Positions 25,150 through 36,865 of a stretch of DNA of 64,000 nt are shown piece by piece (the first letter of the stretch is position 1; each line of letters opens with the position of its first letter). A program made the translations under genes and the position numbers. This DNA comes from Eledone cirrhosa (lineage: Eukaryota). The stretch covers positions 258,726,001 through 258,790,000 of the forward strand of contig OZ024741.1 in the NCBI GenBank assembly GCA_964016885.1. Reading direction: 5' to 3'. The notes beneath the pieces are model-generated. The model ran no database searches. It saw only the letters and a program-made list of their open reading frames with translations, and had not been told where the DNA came from.

Positions 25150-28010
25150 TTTTCTGTGTCAGTGCCAGTGTTTTTGTTGTTGCTGTTTTCTCTGTCAGTG
25201 CCAGTGTTGTTGTAGTTGTTGCTGTTTTCTCTGTCAGTGCCAGTGTTGTTGTAATTGTTGCTGTTTTCTGTGTCAGTGCCAGTGTTGTTGCTGTTTTCTG
25301 TGTCAGTGTCAGTGTTGTTGTTGTTGCTGTTTTCTGTGTCAGTGCCAGTGTTGTTGCTATTTTCACTGTCAGTGCCAGTGTTGTTGTAGTTGTTGCTGTT
25401 TTCTCTGTCAGTGCCAGTGTTGTTGTTGTTGCTGTTTTCTCTGTCAGTGCCAGTGTTGTTGTAGCTGTTGCTGTTTTCTGTGTCAGTGCCAGTGTTGTAG
25501 TTGTTGCTGTTTACTGTGTCAGTGCCAGTGTTGTTGTAGTTGTTGCTGTTTTCTTTGTCAGTGCCAGTGTTGTTGTAGTTGTTGCTGTTTTCTCTGTCAG
25601 TGCCAGTGTTGTTGTAGTTGTTGCTGTTTTCTGTGTCAGTGCCAGTGTTGTTGCTTTTGCTGTTTTCTCTGTCAGTGCCAGTGTTGTTGTAGTTGTTGCT
25701 GTTTTCTCTGTCAGTGCCAGTGTTGTTGTAGTTGTTGCTGTTTTCTGTGTCAGTGCCAGTGTTGTTGTAGTTGTTGCTGTTTTCTCTGTCAGTGCCAGTG
25801 TTGTTGTTGTTGCTGTTTTCTCTGTCAGTGCCAGTGTTGTTGTAGTTGTTGCTGTTTTCTCTGTCAGTGCCAGTGTTGTTGTAGTTGTTGCTGTTTTCTC
25901 TGTCAGTGCCAGTGTTGTTGTTGTTGCTGTTTTCTGTGTCAGTGACAGTGTTCTTGTAGTTGTTGCTGTTTTCTGTGTCAGTGCCAGTGTTGTTGTTGTT
26001 GCTGTTTTCTCTGTCAGTGCCAGTGTTGTAGTAGTTGTTGCTGTTTTCTCTGTCAGTGCCAGTGTTGTAGTAGTTGTTGCTGTTTTCTCTGTCAGTGCCA
26101 GTTTTGTTGTAGTTGTTGCTGTTTTCTGTGTCAGTGCCAGTGTTGTTGTAGTTGTTGCTGTTTTCTCTGTCAATGACAGTGTTGTTGTTGTTGTTGCTGT
26201 TTTCTCTGTCAGTGTTGTTGTTGTTGCTATTTTCACTGTCAGTGCCAGTGTTGTTGTTGCTGTTTTCTGTGTCAGTGCCAGTGTTGTTGTTGTTGTTGCT
26301 GTTTTCTGTGTCAGTGCCAGTGTTGTTGTTGTTACTGTTGCTGTTTTCTGTGCCAGTGCCAGTGTTATTGTTGCTGTTGTTGCTGTTTTCTGTGTCAGTG
26401 CCACTGTTGTTGTTGCTGTTGTTGCTGTTTTCTGTGTCAGTGCCAGTGTTGTTGTTGCTGTTGTTGCTGTTTTCTGTGTCAGTGCCAGTGTTGTTGTAGT
26501 TGTTGGTGTTTTCTGTGTCAGTGCCAGTGTTGTTGTAGTTGTTGCTGTTTTCTCTGTCAGTGCCAGTGTTGTTGTAGTTGTTGCTGTTTTCTCTGTCAGT
26601 GCCAGTGTTGTTGTAGTTGTTGCTGTTTTCTGTGTCAGTGCCAGTGTTGTTGCTGTTGTTGTTTTCTCTGTCAGTGCCAGTGTTGTTGTAGTTGTTGCTG
26701 TTTTCTGTGTCAGTGCCACTGTTGTTGTTGCTGTTTTCTGTGTCTGTGCCAGTGTTGTTGTTGCTGTTTTCTCTGTCAGTGCCAGTGTTGTTGTTGCTGT
26801 TTTCTCTGTCAGTGCCAGTGTTGTTGTTGTTGCTGTTTTCTGTGTCAGTGCCAGTGTTGTTGTAGTTGTTGCTGTTTTCTGTGTCAGTGCCAGTGTTGTT
26901 GTAGTTGTTGCTGTTTTCTGTGCCAGTGCCGGTGTTGTTGTAGTTGTTGCTGTTTTCTGTGTCAGTGCCAGTGTTGTTGTAGTTGTTACTGTTTTCTCTG
27001 TCAGTGCCAGTGTTGTTGTAGTTGTTGCTGTTTTCTGTGTCAGTGCCAGTGTTTTTGTTGTTGCTGTTTTCTCTGTCAGTGCCAGTGTTGTTGTAGTTGT
27101 TGCTGTTTTCTCTGTCAGTGCCAGTGTTGTTGTAATTGTTGCTGTTTTCTGTGTCAGTGCCAGTGTTGTTGCTGTTTTCTGTGTCAGTGTCAGTGTTGTT
27201 GTTGTTGTTTTCTGTGTCAGTGCCAGTGTTGTTGCTATTTTCACTGTCAGTGCCAGTGTTGTTGTAGTTGTTGCTGTTTTCTGTGTCAGTGCCAGTGTTG
27301 TTGTTGTTGCTGTTTTCTCTGTCAGTGCCAGTGTTGTTGTAGCTGTTGCTGTTTTCTGTGTCAGTGCCAGTGTTGTAGTTGTTGCTGTTTACTGTGTCAG
27401 TGCCCGTGTTGTTGTAGTTGTTGCTGTTTTCTCTGTCAGTGCCAGTGTTGTTGTAGTTGTTGCTGTTTTCTCTGTCAGTGCCAGTGTTGTTGTAGTTGTT
27501 GCTGTTTTCTGTGTCAGTGCCAGTGTTGTTGCTTTTGCTGTTTTCTGTGTCAGTGCCAGTGTTGTTGCTTTTGCTGTTTTCTCTGTCAGTGCCAGTGTTG
27601 TTGTAGTTGTTGCTGTTTTCTCTGTCAGTGCCAGTGTTGTTGTAGTTGTTGCTGTTTTCTCTGTCAGTGCCAGTGTTGTTGTTGTTGTTGCTGTTTTCTG
27701 TGTCAGTGCCAGTGTTGTTGTTGTTGCTGTTTTCTGTGTCAGTGACAGTGTTCTTGTAGTTGTTGCTGTTTTCTGTGTCAGTGCCAGTGTTGTTGTTGTT
27801 GCTGTTTTCTCTGTCAGTGCCAGTGTTGTAGTAGTTGTTGCTGTTTTCTCTGTCAGTGCCAGTGTTGTAGTAGTTGTTGCTGTTTTCTCTGTCAGTGCCA
27901 GTTTTGTTGTAGTTGTTGCTGTTTTCTGTGTCAGTGCCAGTGTTGTTGTAGTTGTTGCTGTTTTCTCTGTCAGTGCCAGTGTTGTTGTTTTTGTTGCTGT
28001 TTTCTCTGTC
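25150..28010. repeat. ~1.88-kb-offset internal duplication within copy A (~25150-26210 vs ~27030-28010)
   Basis: ORF starts 25366/27244 are +1878. Shared GTTTACTG, GCTTTTGCT, GACAGTGTTCTTG and GTAGTAGTT variants occur in the same order. Confidence 0.78.
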
Positions 28011-30519
28011 AGTGTTGTTGTTGTTACTGTTGCTGTTTTCTGTGTCAGTTCCAGTGTTGTTGTTGTTGTTGCTGTTGCTGTTTTCTGTGCCAGTACCAGT
28101 GTTATTGTTGCTGTTGTTGCTGTTTCTCTGTCAGTGCCAGTGTTGTTGTAGTTGTTGCTGTTTTCTCTGTCAGTGCCAGTGTTGTTGTAGTTGTTGCTGT
28201 TTTCTGTGTCAGTACTAGTGTTGTTGTAGTTGTTGCTGTTTTCTCTGTCAGTGCCAGTGTTGTTGTTGTTGCTGCTTTCTCTGTCAGTGCCAGTGTTGTA
28301 GTTGTTGCTGTTTTCTGTGTCAGTGCCAGTGTTGTTGTAGTTGTTGCTGTTTTCTGTGTCAGTGTCAGTGTTGTTGTTGTTGCTGTTTTCTGTGTCAGTG
28401 CCAGTGTTGTTGTTGTTGCTGTTTTCTCTGTCAGTGCCAGTGTAGTTGCTGTTGCTATTTTCACTGTCAGTGCCAGTGTTGTTGTTGTTGCTGTTTTCTG
28501 TGTCAGTGCCAGTGTTGTTGTTGTTGGTGTTTTCTGTGTCAGTGCCAGTGTTGTTGTTGTTGCTGTTTTCTGTGTCAGTGCCAGTGTTGTTATTGTTACT
28601 GTTGCTGTTTTCTGTGTCAGTTCCAGTGTTGCTGTTGCTGTTTTCTGTGCCAGTGCCAGTGTTATTGTTGCTGTTGTTGCTGTTTTCTGTGTCAGTGCCA
28701 CGGTTGTTGTTGCTGTTGTTGCGGTTTTCTGTGTCAGTGCCAGTGTTGTTGTTGCTGTTGTTGCTGTTTTCTGTGTCAGTGCCAGTGTTGTTGTTGTTGT
28801 TGTTGCTGTTTTCCGTGTCAGTGTTGTTGTAGTTGTTGCTGTTTTCTGTGTCAGTGCCAGTGCTGTTGTAGTTGTTGCTGTTTTCTGTGTCAGTGCCAGT
28901 GTTGTTGTAGTTGTTGGTGTTTTCTGTGTCAGTGCCAGTGTTGTTGTAGTTGTTGCTGTTTTCTCTGTCAGTGCCAGTGTTGTTGTAGTTGTTGCTGTTT
29001 TCTCTGTCAGTGCCAGTGTTGTTGTAGTTGTTGCTGTTTTCTGTGTCAGTGCCAGTGTTGTTGCTGTTGTTGTTTTCTCTGTCAGTGCCAGTGTTGTTGT
29101 AGTTGTTGCTGTTTTCTGTGTCAGTGCCACTGTTGTTGTTGCTGTTTTCTGTGTGTGTGCCAGTGTTGTTGTTGCTGTTTTCTCTGTCAGTGCCAGTGTT
29201 GTTGTTGCTGTTTTCTCTGTCAGTGCCAGTGTTGTTGTAGTTGTTGCTGTTTTCTCTGTCAGTGCCAGTGTTGTAGTTGTTGCTGTTTTCTGTGTCAGTG
29301 CCAGTGTTGTTGTTGTTGCTGTTTTCTCTGTCAGTGCCAGTGTTGTTGTAGCTGTTGCTGTTTTCTGTGTCAGTGCCAGTGTTGTTGTAGTTGTTGCTGT
29401 TTTCTGTGTCAGTACCGGTGTTGTTGTTGTTGCTGTTTTCTCTGTCAGTGCCAGTGTTGTTGTTGTTGCTGTTTTCTCTGTCAGTGCCAGTGTTGTTGTT
29501 GTTGCTGTTTTCTGTGTCAGTGCCAGTGTTGTTGTTGTTGCTGTTTTCTGTGTCAGTGCCAGTGTTGTTGTAGTTGTTGCTGTTTTCTGTGTCAGTGCCA
29601 ATGTTGTTTTAGTTGTTGCTGTTTTCTGTGTCAGTGCCAGTGTTGTTGTAGTTGTTGCTGTTTTCTCTGTCAGTGCCAGTGTTGTTGTAGTTGTTGCTGT
29701 TTTCTGTGTCAGTGCCACTGTTGTTTGTTGCTGTTTTCTGTGTCTGTGCCAGTGTTGTTGTTGCTGTTTTCTCTGTCAGTACCAGTGTTGTTGTTGCTGT
29801 TTTCTCTGTCAGTGCCAGTGTTGTTGTTGTTGCTGTTTTCTGTGTCAGTGCCAGTGTTGTTGTAGTTGTTGCTGTTTTCTGTGACAGTGCCAGTGTTGTT
29901 GTAGTTGTTGCTGTTTTCTGTGCCAGTGCCGGTGTTGTATTAGTTGTTGCTGTTTTCTATGTCAGTGCCAGTGTTGTTGTAGTTGTTGCTGTTTTCTCTG
30001 TCAGTGCCAGTGTTGTTGTTGTTGCTGTTTTCTCTGTCAGTGCCAGTGTTGTTGTAGTTGTTGCTGTTTTCTCTGTCAGTGCCAGTGTTGTTGTTGTTGC
30101 TGTTTTCTCTGTCAGTGCCAGTGTTGTTGTAGTTGTTGCTGTTTTCTCTGTCAGTGCCAGTGTTGTTGTAGTTGTTGCTGTTTTCTGTGTCAGTGCCGGT
30201 GTTGTTGTTGTTGCTGTTTTCTCTGTCAGTGCCAGTGTTGTTGTTATTGCTGTTTTCTGTGTCAGTGCCAGTGTTGTTGTTGTTGCTGTTTTCCGTGTCA
30301 GTGCCAGTGTTGTTGTTGTTGCTGTTTCCTGTGTCAGTGCCAGTGTTGTTGTAGTTGTTGCTGTTTTCTGTGTCAGTGCCAGTGTTGTTGTAGTTGTTGC
30401 TGTTTTCTCTGTCAGTGCCAGTGTTGTTGTAGTTGTTGCTGTTTTCTGTGTCAGTGCCAGTGTTGTTGTTGTTGTTGCTGTTTTCTGTGTCAGTGCCAAT
30501 GTTGTTGTTGCTGTTTTCT

Positions 30520-32500
30520 CTGTCAGTGCCAGTGTTGTTGTAGTTGTTGCTGTTTTCTCTTTCAGTGTCAGTTTTGTTTTAGTTGTTGCTGTTTTCTGTG
30601 TCAGTGCCAGTGTTGTTGTAGTTGTTACTGTTTTCTTTGTCAGTGCCAGTGTTGTTGTTGTTGCTGTTTTCTCTGTCAGTGCCAGTGTTGTTGTTGTTGC
30701 TGTTTTCTGTGTCAGTGCCAGTGTTGTTGTAGTTGTTGCTGTTTTCTGTGTCAGTGCCAGTGTTGTTATAGTTGTTGCTGTTTTCTCTGTCAGTGCCAGT
30801 GTTGTTGTAGTTGTTGCTGTTTTCTCTGTCAGTGCCAGTGTTGTTGTAGTTGTTGCTGTTTTCTGTGTCAGTGCCAGTGTTGTTGTAGCTGTTGCTGTTT
30901 TCTGTGTCAGTGCCAGTGTTGTTGTAGTTGTTGCTTTTTACTGTGTCAGTGCCAGTGTTGTTGTAATTGTTGCTGTTTTCTGTGTCAGTGCCAGTGTTGT
31001 TGCTGTTGTTGCTGTTTTCTGTGTCAGTTTCAGTGTTGTTGTAGTTGTTGCTGTTTTCTGTGTCAGTGCCAGTGTTGTTGTTGTTGCTGTTTTCTCTGTC
31101 AGTGCCAGTGTTGTTGTAGCTGTTGCTCTTTTCTGTGTCAGTGCCAGTGTTGTTGTAGTTGTTGCTGTTTACTGTGTCAGTGCCAGTGTTGTTGTAGTTG
31201 TTGCTCTTTTTCTCTGTCAGTGCCAGTGTTGTTGTAGTTGTTGCTGTTTTCTCTGTCAGTGCCAGTGTTGTTGTAGTTGTTGCTGTTTTCTGTGTCAGTG
31301 CCAGTGTTGTTGTTGTTGCTGTTTTCTCTGTCAGTGCCAGTGTTGTTGTAGTTGTTGCTGTTTCTCTGTCAGTGCCAGTGTTGTTGTAGTTGTTGCTGTT
31401 TTCTGTGTCAGTGCCAGTGTTGTTGTAGTTGTTGCTGTTTTCTCTGTCAGTGCCAGTGTTGTTGTTGTTGTTGCTGTTTTCTCTGTCAGTGCCAGTGTTG
31501 TAGTTGTTGCTGTTTTCTCTGTCAGTGCCAGTGTTGTTGTAGTTGTTGCTGTTTTCTCTTTCAGTGTCAGTTTTGTTTTAGTTGTTGCTGTTTTCTGTGT
31601 CAGTGACAGTGTTGTTGTAGTTGTTACTGTTTTCTTTGTCAGTGCCAGTGTTGTTGTTGTTGCTGTTTTCTCTGTCAGTGCCAGTGTTGTTGTTGTTGCT
31701 GTTTTCTGTGTCAGTGCCAGTGTTGTTGTAGTTGTTGCTGTTTTCTGTGTCAGTGCCAGTGTTGTTATAGTTGTTGCTGTTTTCTCTGTCAGTGCCAGTG
31801 TTGTTGTAGTTGTTGCTGTTTTCTGTGTCAGTGCCAGTGTTGTTGTAGCTGTTGCTGTTTTCTGTGTCAGTGCCAGTGTTGTTGTAGTTGTTGCTGTTTA
31901 CTGTGTCAGTGCCAGTGTTGTTGTAATTGTTGCTGTTTTCTGTGTCAGTGCCAGTGTTGTTGCTGTTGTTGCTGTTTTCTGTGTCAGTTTCAGTGTTGTT
32001 GTAGTTGTTGCTGTTTTCTGTGTCAGTGCCAGTGTTGTTGTTGTTGCTGTTTTCTCTGTCAGTGCCAGTGTTGTTGTAGCTGTTGCTCTTTTCTGTGTCA
32101 GTGCCAGTGTTGTTGTAGTTGTTGCTGTTTACTGTGTCAGTGCCAGTGTTGTTGTAGTTGTTGCTCTTTTTCTCTGTCAGTGCCAGTGTTGTTGTAGTTG
32201 TTGCTGTTTTCTCTGTCAGTGCCAGTGTTGTTGTAGTTGTTGCTGTTTTCTGTGTCAGTGCCAGTGTTGTTGTTGTTGCTGTTTTCTCTGTCAGTGCCAG
32301 TGTTGTTGTAGTTGTTGCTGTTTCTCTGTCAGTGCCAGTGTTGTTGTAGTTGTTGCTGTTTTCTGTGTCAGTGCCAGTGTTGTTGTAGTTGTTGCTGTTT
32401 TCTCTGTCAGTGCCAGTGTTGTTGTTGTTGTTGCTGTTTTCTCTGTCAGTGCCAGTGTTGTAGTTGTTGCTGTTTTCTCTGTCAGTGCCAGTGTTGTTGT
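30520..32500. repeat. ~960-1000-bp tandem duplication present only in copy A
   Basis: ORFs 31198/32158 and 31352/32312 are +960, and GTCAGTTTCAG is at ~31023/31983. The A-to-B offset drops from 15080 to 14120 across this region. Confidence 0.88.
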
Positions 32501-32539
32501 AGTTGTTGCTGTTTTCTGTGTCAGTGCCAGTGTTGTTGT

Positions 32540-33350
32540 TGTTGTTGTTTTCTGTGTCAGTGCCAGTGTTGTTGTTGTTGCTATTTTCACTGTCAGTGCC
32601 AGTGTTGTTGCTGTTGCTGTTTTCTCTGTCAGTGCCAGTGATGTTGTAGTTGTTGCTGTTTTCTGTGTTAGTGCCAGTGTTGTTGTAGTTGTTGCTGTTT
32701 TCTGTGTCAGTACCAGTGTTGTTGTTGTTGTTGCTGTTTTCTCTGTCAGTGCCAGTGTTGTTGTAGTTGTTGCTGCTTTCTCTGTCAGTGCCAGTGTTGT
32801 TGTAGTTGCTGCTGTTTTCTGTGTCAGTGCCAGTGTTGTTGTTGTTGCTGTTTTCTCTGTCAGTGCCAGTGTTGTTGTAGTTGTTGCTGTTTTCTGTGTC
32901 AGTGCCACTGTTGTAGTTGCTGTTTTCTGTGTCAGTGCCAGTGTTGTTGTTGTTGCTGTTTTCTGTGTCAGTGCCAGTGTTGTTGTTGTTGCTATTTTCA
33001 CTGTCAGTGCCAGTGTTGTTGCTGTTGCTGTTTTCTCTGTCAGTGCCAGTGATGTTGTAGTTGTTGCTGTTTTCTGTGTTAGTGCCAGTGTTGTTGTAGT
33101 TGTTGCTGTTTTCTGTGTCAGTACCAGTGTTGTTGTTGTTGTTGCTGTTTTCTCTGTCAGTGCCAGTGTTGTTGTAGTTGTTGCTGCTTTCTCTGTCAGT
33201 GCCAGTGTTGTTGTAGTTGCTGCTGTTTTCTGTGTCAGTGCCAGTGTTGTTTTTGTTGCTGTTTTCTCTGTCAGTGCCAGTGTTGTTGTAGTTGTTGCTG
33301 TTTTCTGTGTCAGTGCCACTGTTGTAGTTGCTGTTTTCTGTGTCAGTGCC
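32540..33350. repeat. 411-bp tandem duplication (also in copy B at ~46660-47470)
   Basis: CTATTTTCAC is at 32581/32992 and 46701/47112, with GATGTTGTAG and GTACCAGT variants repeated at the same offset. Confidence 0.83.
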
Positions 33351-36300
33351 AGTGTTGTTGTTGTTGCTGTTTTCTCTGTCAGTGCCAGTGTTGTTGTTGC
33401 TGTTTTCTCTGTCAGTGCCAGTGTTGTTGTTGTTGCTGTTTTCTGTGTCAGTGCCATTGTTATTGCTGTTGTTGCTGTTTTCTGTGTCAGTGCCAGTGTT
33501 GTTGTTGCTGTTGTTGCTGTTTTATGTGTCAGTGCCAGTGTTGTTGTAGTTGTTGCTGTTTTCTCTGTCAGTGCCAGTGTTGTTGTAGTTATTGCTGTTT
33601 TCTCTGTCAGTGCCAGTGTTGTAGTTGTTGCTGTTTTCTGTGTCAGTGCCAGTCTTGTTGTTGTTGCTGTTTTCTCTGTCAGTGCCAGTGTTGTTGTAGT
33701 TGTTGCTGTTTTCTCTGTCAGTGCCAGCGTTGTTGTAGTTGTTGCTGTTTTCTGTGTCAGTACCGGTGTTGTTGTTTTTGCTGTTTTCTCTGTCAGTGCC
33801 AGTGTTGTTGTTGTTGCTGTTTTCTCTGTCAGTGCCAGTGTTGTTGTTGTTGCTGTTTTCTGTGTCAGTGCCAGTGTTGTTGTTGTTGCTGTTTTCTGTG
33901 TCAGTGCCAGTGTTGTTGTAGTTGTTGCTGTTTTCTGTGTCAGTGCCAGTGTTGTTTTAGTTGTTGCTGTTTCTGTGTCAGTGCCAGTGTTGTTGTAGTT
34001 GTTGCTGTTTTCTCTGTCAGTGCCAGTGTTGTTGTAGTTGTTGCTGTTTTCTGTGTCAGTGCCACTGTTGTTGTTGCTGTTTTCTGTGTCTGTGCCAGTG
34101 TTGTTGTTGCTGTTTTCTCTGTCAGTGCCAGTGTTGTTGTTGCTGTTTTCTCTGTCAGTGCCAGTGTTGTTGTTGTTGCTGTTTTCTGTGTCAGTGCCAG
34201 TGTTGTTGTAGTTGTTGCTGTTTTCTGTGTCAGTGCCAGTGTTGTTGTAGTTGTTGCTGTTTTCTGTGCCAGTGCCGGTGTTGTTGTAGTTGTTGCTGTT
34301 TTCTGTGTCAGTGCCAGTGTTGTTGTAGTTGTTGCTGTTTTCTCTGTCAGTGCCAGTGTTGTTGTTGTTGCTGTTTTCTCTGTCAGTGCCAGTGTTGTTG
34401 TAGTTGTTGCTGTTTTCTGTGTCAGTGCCAGTGTTGTTGTAGTTGTTGCTGTTTTCTGTGTCAGTGCCGGTGTTGTTGTTGTTGCTGTTTTCTCTGTCAG
34501 TGCCAGTGTTGTTGTTGTTGCTGTTTTCTGTGTCAGTGTCAGTGTTGTTGTTGTTGCTGTTTTCTGTGTCAGTGCCAGTGTTGTTGTTGTTGCTGTTTTC
34601 TGTGTCAGTGCCAGTGTTGTTGTAGTTGTTGCTGTTTTCTGTGTCAGTGCCAGTGTTGTTGTAGTTGTTGCTGTTTTCTGTGTCAGTGCCAGTGTTGTTG
34701 TAGTTGTTGCTGTTTTCTCTGTCAGTGCCAGTGTTGTTGTAGTTGTTGCTGTTTTCTGTGTCAGTGCCAGTGTTGTTGTTGCTGTTTTCTCTGTCAGTGC
34801 CAGTGTTGTTGTAGTTGTTGCTGTTTTCTCTGTCAGTGTCAGTTTTGTTTTAGTTGTTGCTGTTTTCTGTGTCAGTGCCAGTGTTGTTGTAGTTGTTGCT
34901 GTTTTCTTTGTCAGTGCCAGTGTTGTTGTTGTTGCTGTTTTCTCTGTCAGTGCCAGTGTTGTTGTTGTTGCTGTTTTCTCTGTCAGTGCCAGTGTTGTTG
35001 TAGTTGTTGCTGTTTTCTGTGTCAGTGCCAGTGTTGTTATAGTTGTTGCTGTTTTCTCTGTCAGTGACAGTGTTGTTGTAGTTGTTGCTGTTTTCTCTGT
35101 CAGTGCCAGTGTTGTTGCAGTTGTTGCTGTTTTCTGTGTCAGTGCCAGTGTTTTTGTTGTTGCTGTTTTCTCTGTCAGTGCCAGTGTTGTAGTTGTTGCT
35201 GTTTTCTCTGTCAGTGCCAGTGTTGTTGTAATTGTTGCTGTTTTCTGTGTCAGTGCCAGTGTTGTTGCTGTTGTTGCTGTTTTCTGTGTCAGTGTCAGTG
35301 TTGTTGTTGTTGCTGTTTTCTGTGTCAGTGCCAGTGTTGTTGTTGCTATTTTCACTGTCAGTGCCAGTGTTGTTGTAGTTGTTGCTGTTTTCTGTGTCAG
35401 TGCCAGTGTTGTTGTTGTTGCTGTTTTCTCTGTCAGTGCCAGTGTTGTTGTAGCTGTTGCTGTTTTCTGTGTCAGTGCCAGTGTTGTTGTAGTTGTTGCT
35501 GTTTACTGTGTCAGTGCCAGTGTTGTTGTAGTTGTTGCTCTTTTCTCTGTCAGTGCCAGTGTTGTTGTAGTTGTTGCTGTTTTCTCTGTCAGTGCCAGTG
35601 TTGTTGTAGTTGTTGCTGTTTTCTGTGTCAGTGCCAGTGTTGTTGCTGTTGTTGTTTTCTCTGTCAGTGCCAGTGTTGTTGTAGTTGTTGCTGTTTCTCT
35701 GTCAGTGCCAGTGTTGTTGTAGTTGTTGCTGTTTTCTGTGTCAGTGCCAGTGTTGTTGTAGTTGTTGCTGTTTTCTCTGTCAGTGCCAGTGTTGTTGTTG
35801 TTGTTGCTGTTTTCTCTGTCAGTGCCAGTGTTGTAGTTGTTGCTGTTTTCTCTGTCAGTGCCAGTGTTGTTGTAGTTGTTGCTGTTTTCTGTGTCAGTGT
35901 CAGTGTTGTTGTTGTTGCTGTTTTCTGTGTCAGTGCCAGTGTTGTTGTTGTTGCTATTTTCACTGTCAGTGCCAGTGTTGTTGCTGTTGCTGTTTTCTCT
36001 GTCAGTGCCAGTGATGTTGTAGTTGTTGCTGTTTTCTGTGTTAGTGCCAGTGTTGTTGTAGTTGTTGCTGTTTTCTGTGTCAGTGCCAGTGTTGTTGTTG
36101 TTGTTGCTGTTTTCTCTGTCAGTGCCAGTGTTGTTGTAGTTGTTGCTGCTTTCTCTGTCAGTGCCAGTGTTGTTGTAGTTGCTGCTGTTTTCTGTGTCAG
36201 TGCCAGTGTTGTTGTTGTTGCTGTTTTCTCTGTCAGTGCCAGTGTTGTTGTAATTGTTGCTGTTTTCTGTGTCAGTGCCACTGTTGTTGTTGCTGTTTTC

Positions 36301-36865
36301 TGTGTCAGTGCCAGTGTTGTTGTTGTTGCTGTTTTCTCTGTCAGTGCCAGTGTTGTTGTTGCTGTTTTCTCTGTCAGTGCCAGTGTTGTTGTTGTTGCTG
36401 TTTTCTGTGTCAGTGCCATTGTTATTGCTGTTGTTGCTGTTTTCTGTGTCAGTGCCAGTGTTGTTGTTGCTGTTGTTGCTGTTTTATGTGTCAGTGCCAG
36501 TGTTGTTGCTGTTGCTGTTTTCTCTGTCAGTGCCAGTGTTGTTGTAGTTGTTGCTGTTTTCTCTGTCAGTGCCAGTGTTGTAGTTGATGCTGTTTTCTGT
36601 GTCAGTGCCAGTGTTGTTGTTGTTGCTGTTTTCTCTGTCAGTGCCAGTGTTGTTGTAGTTGTTGCTGTTTTCTCTGTCAGTGCCAGCGTTGTTGTAGTTG
36701 TTGCTGTTTTCTGTGTCAGTACCGGTGTTGTTGTTGTTGCTGTTTTCTCTGTCAGTACCAGTGTTGTTGTTGTTGCTGTTTTCTCTGTCAGTGCCAGTGT
36801 TGTTGTTGTTGCTGTTTTCTGTGTCAGTGCCAGTGTTGTTGTTGTTGCTGTTTTCTGTGTCAGTG

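Larger units (their letters stand above)
21850..36865. repeat. Copy A of ~15-kb higher-order tandem duplication
   Basis: Rare variants and ORF-track entries recur in the same order at fixed offsets. Offset +15015: 22202/37217 and 22739/37754. Offset +15080: 28102/43182, 29691/44771, 29957/45037, 31198/46278. Offset +14120: 33940/48060, 35664/49784, 36698/50818. Confidence 0.92.
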
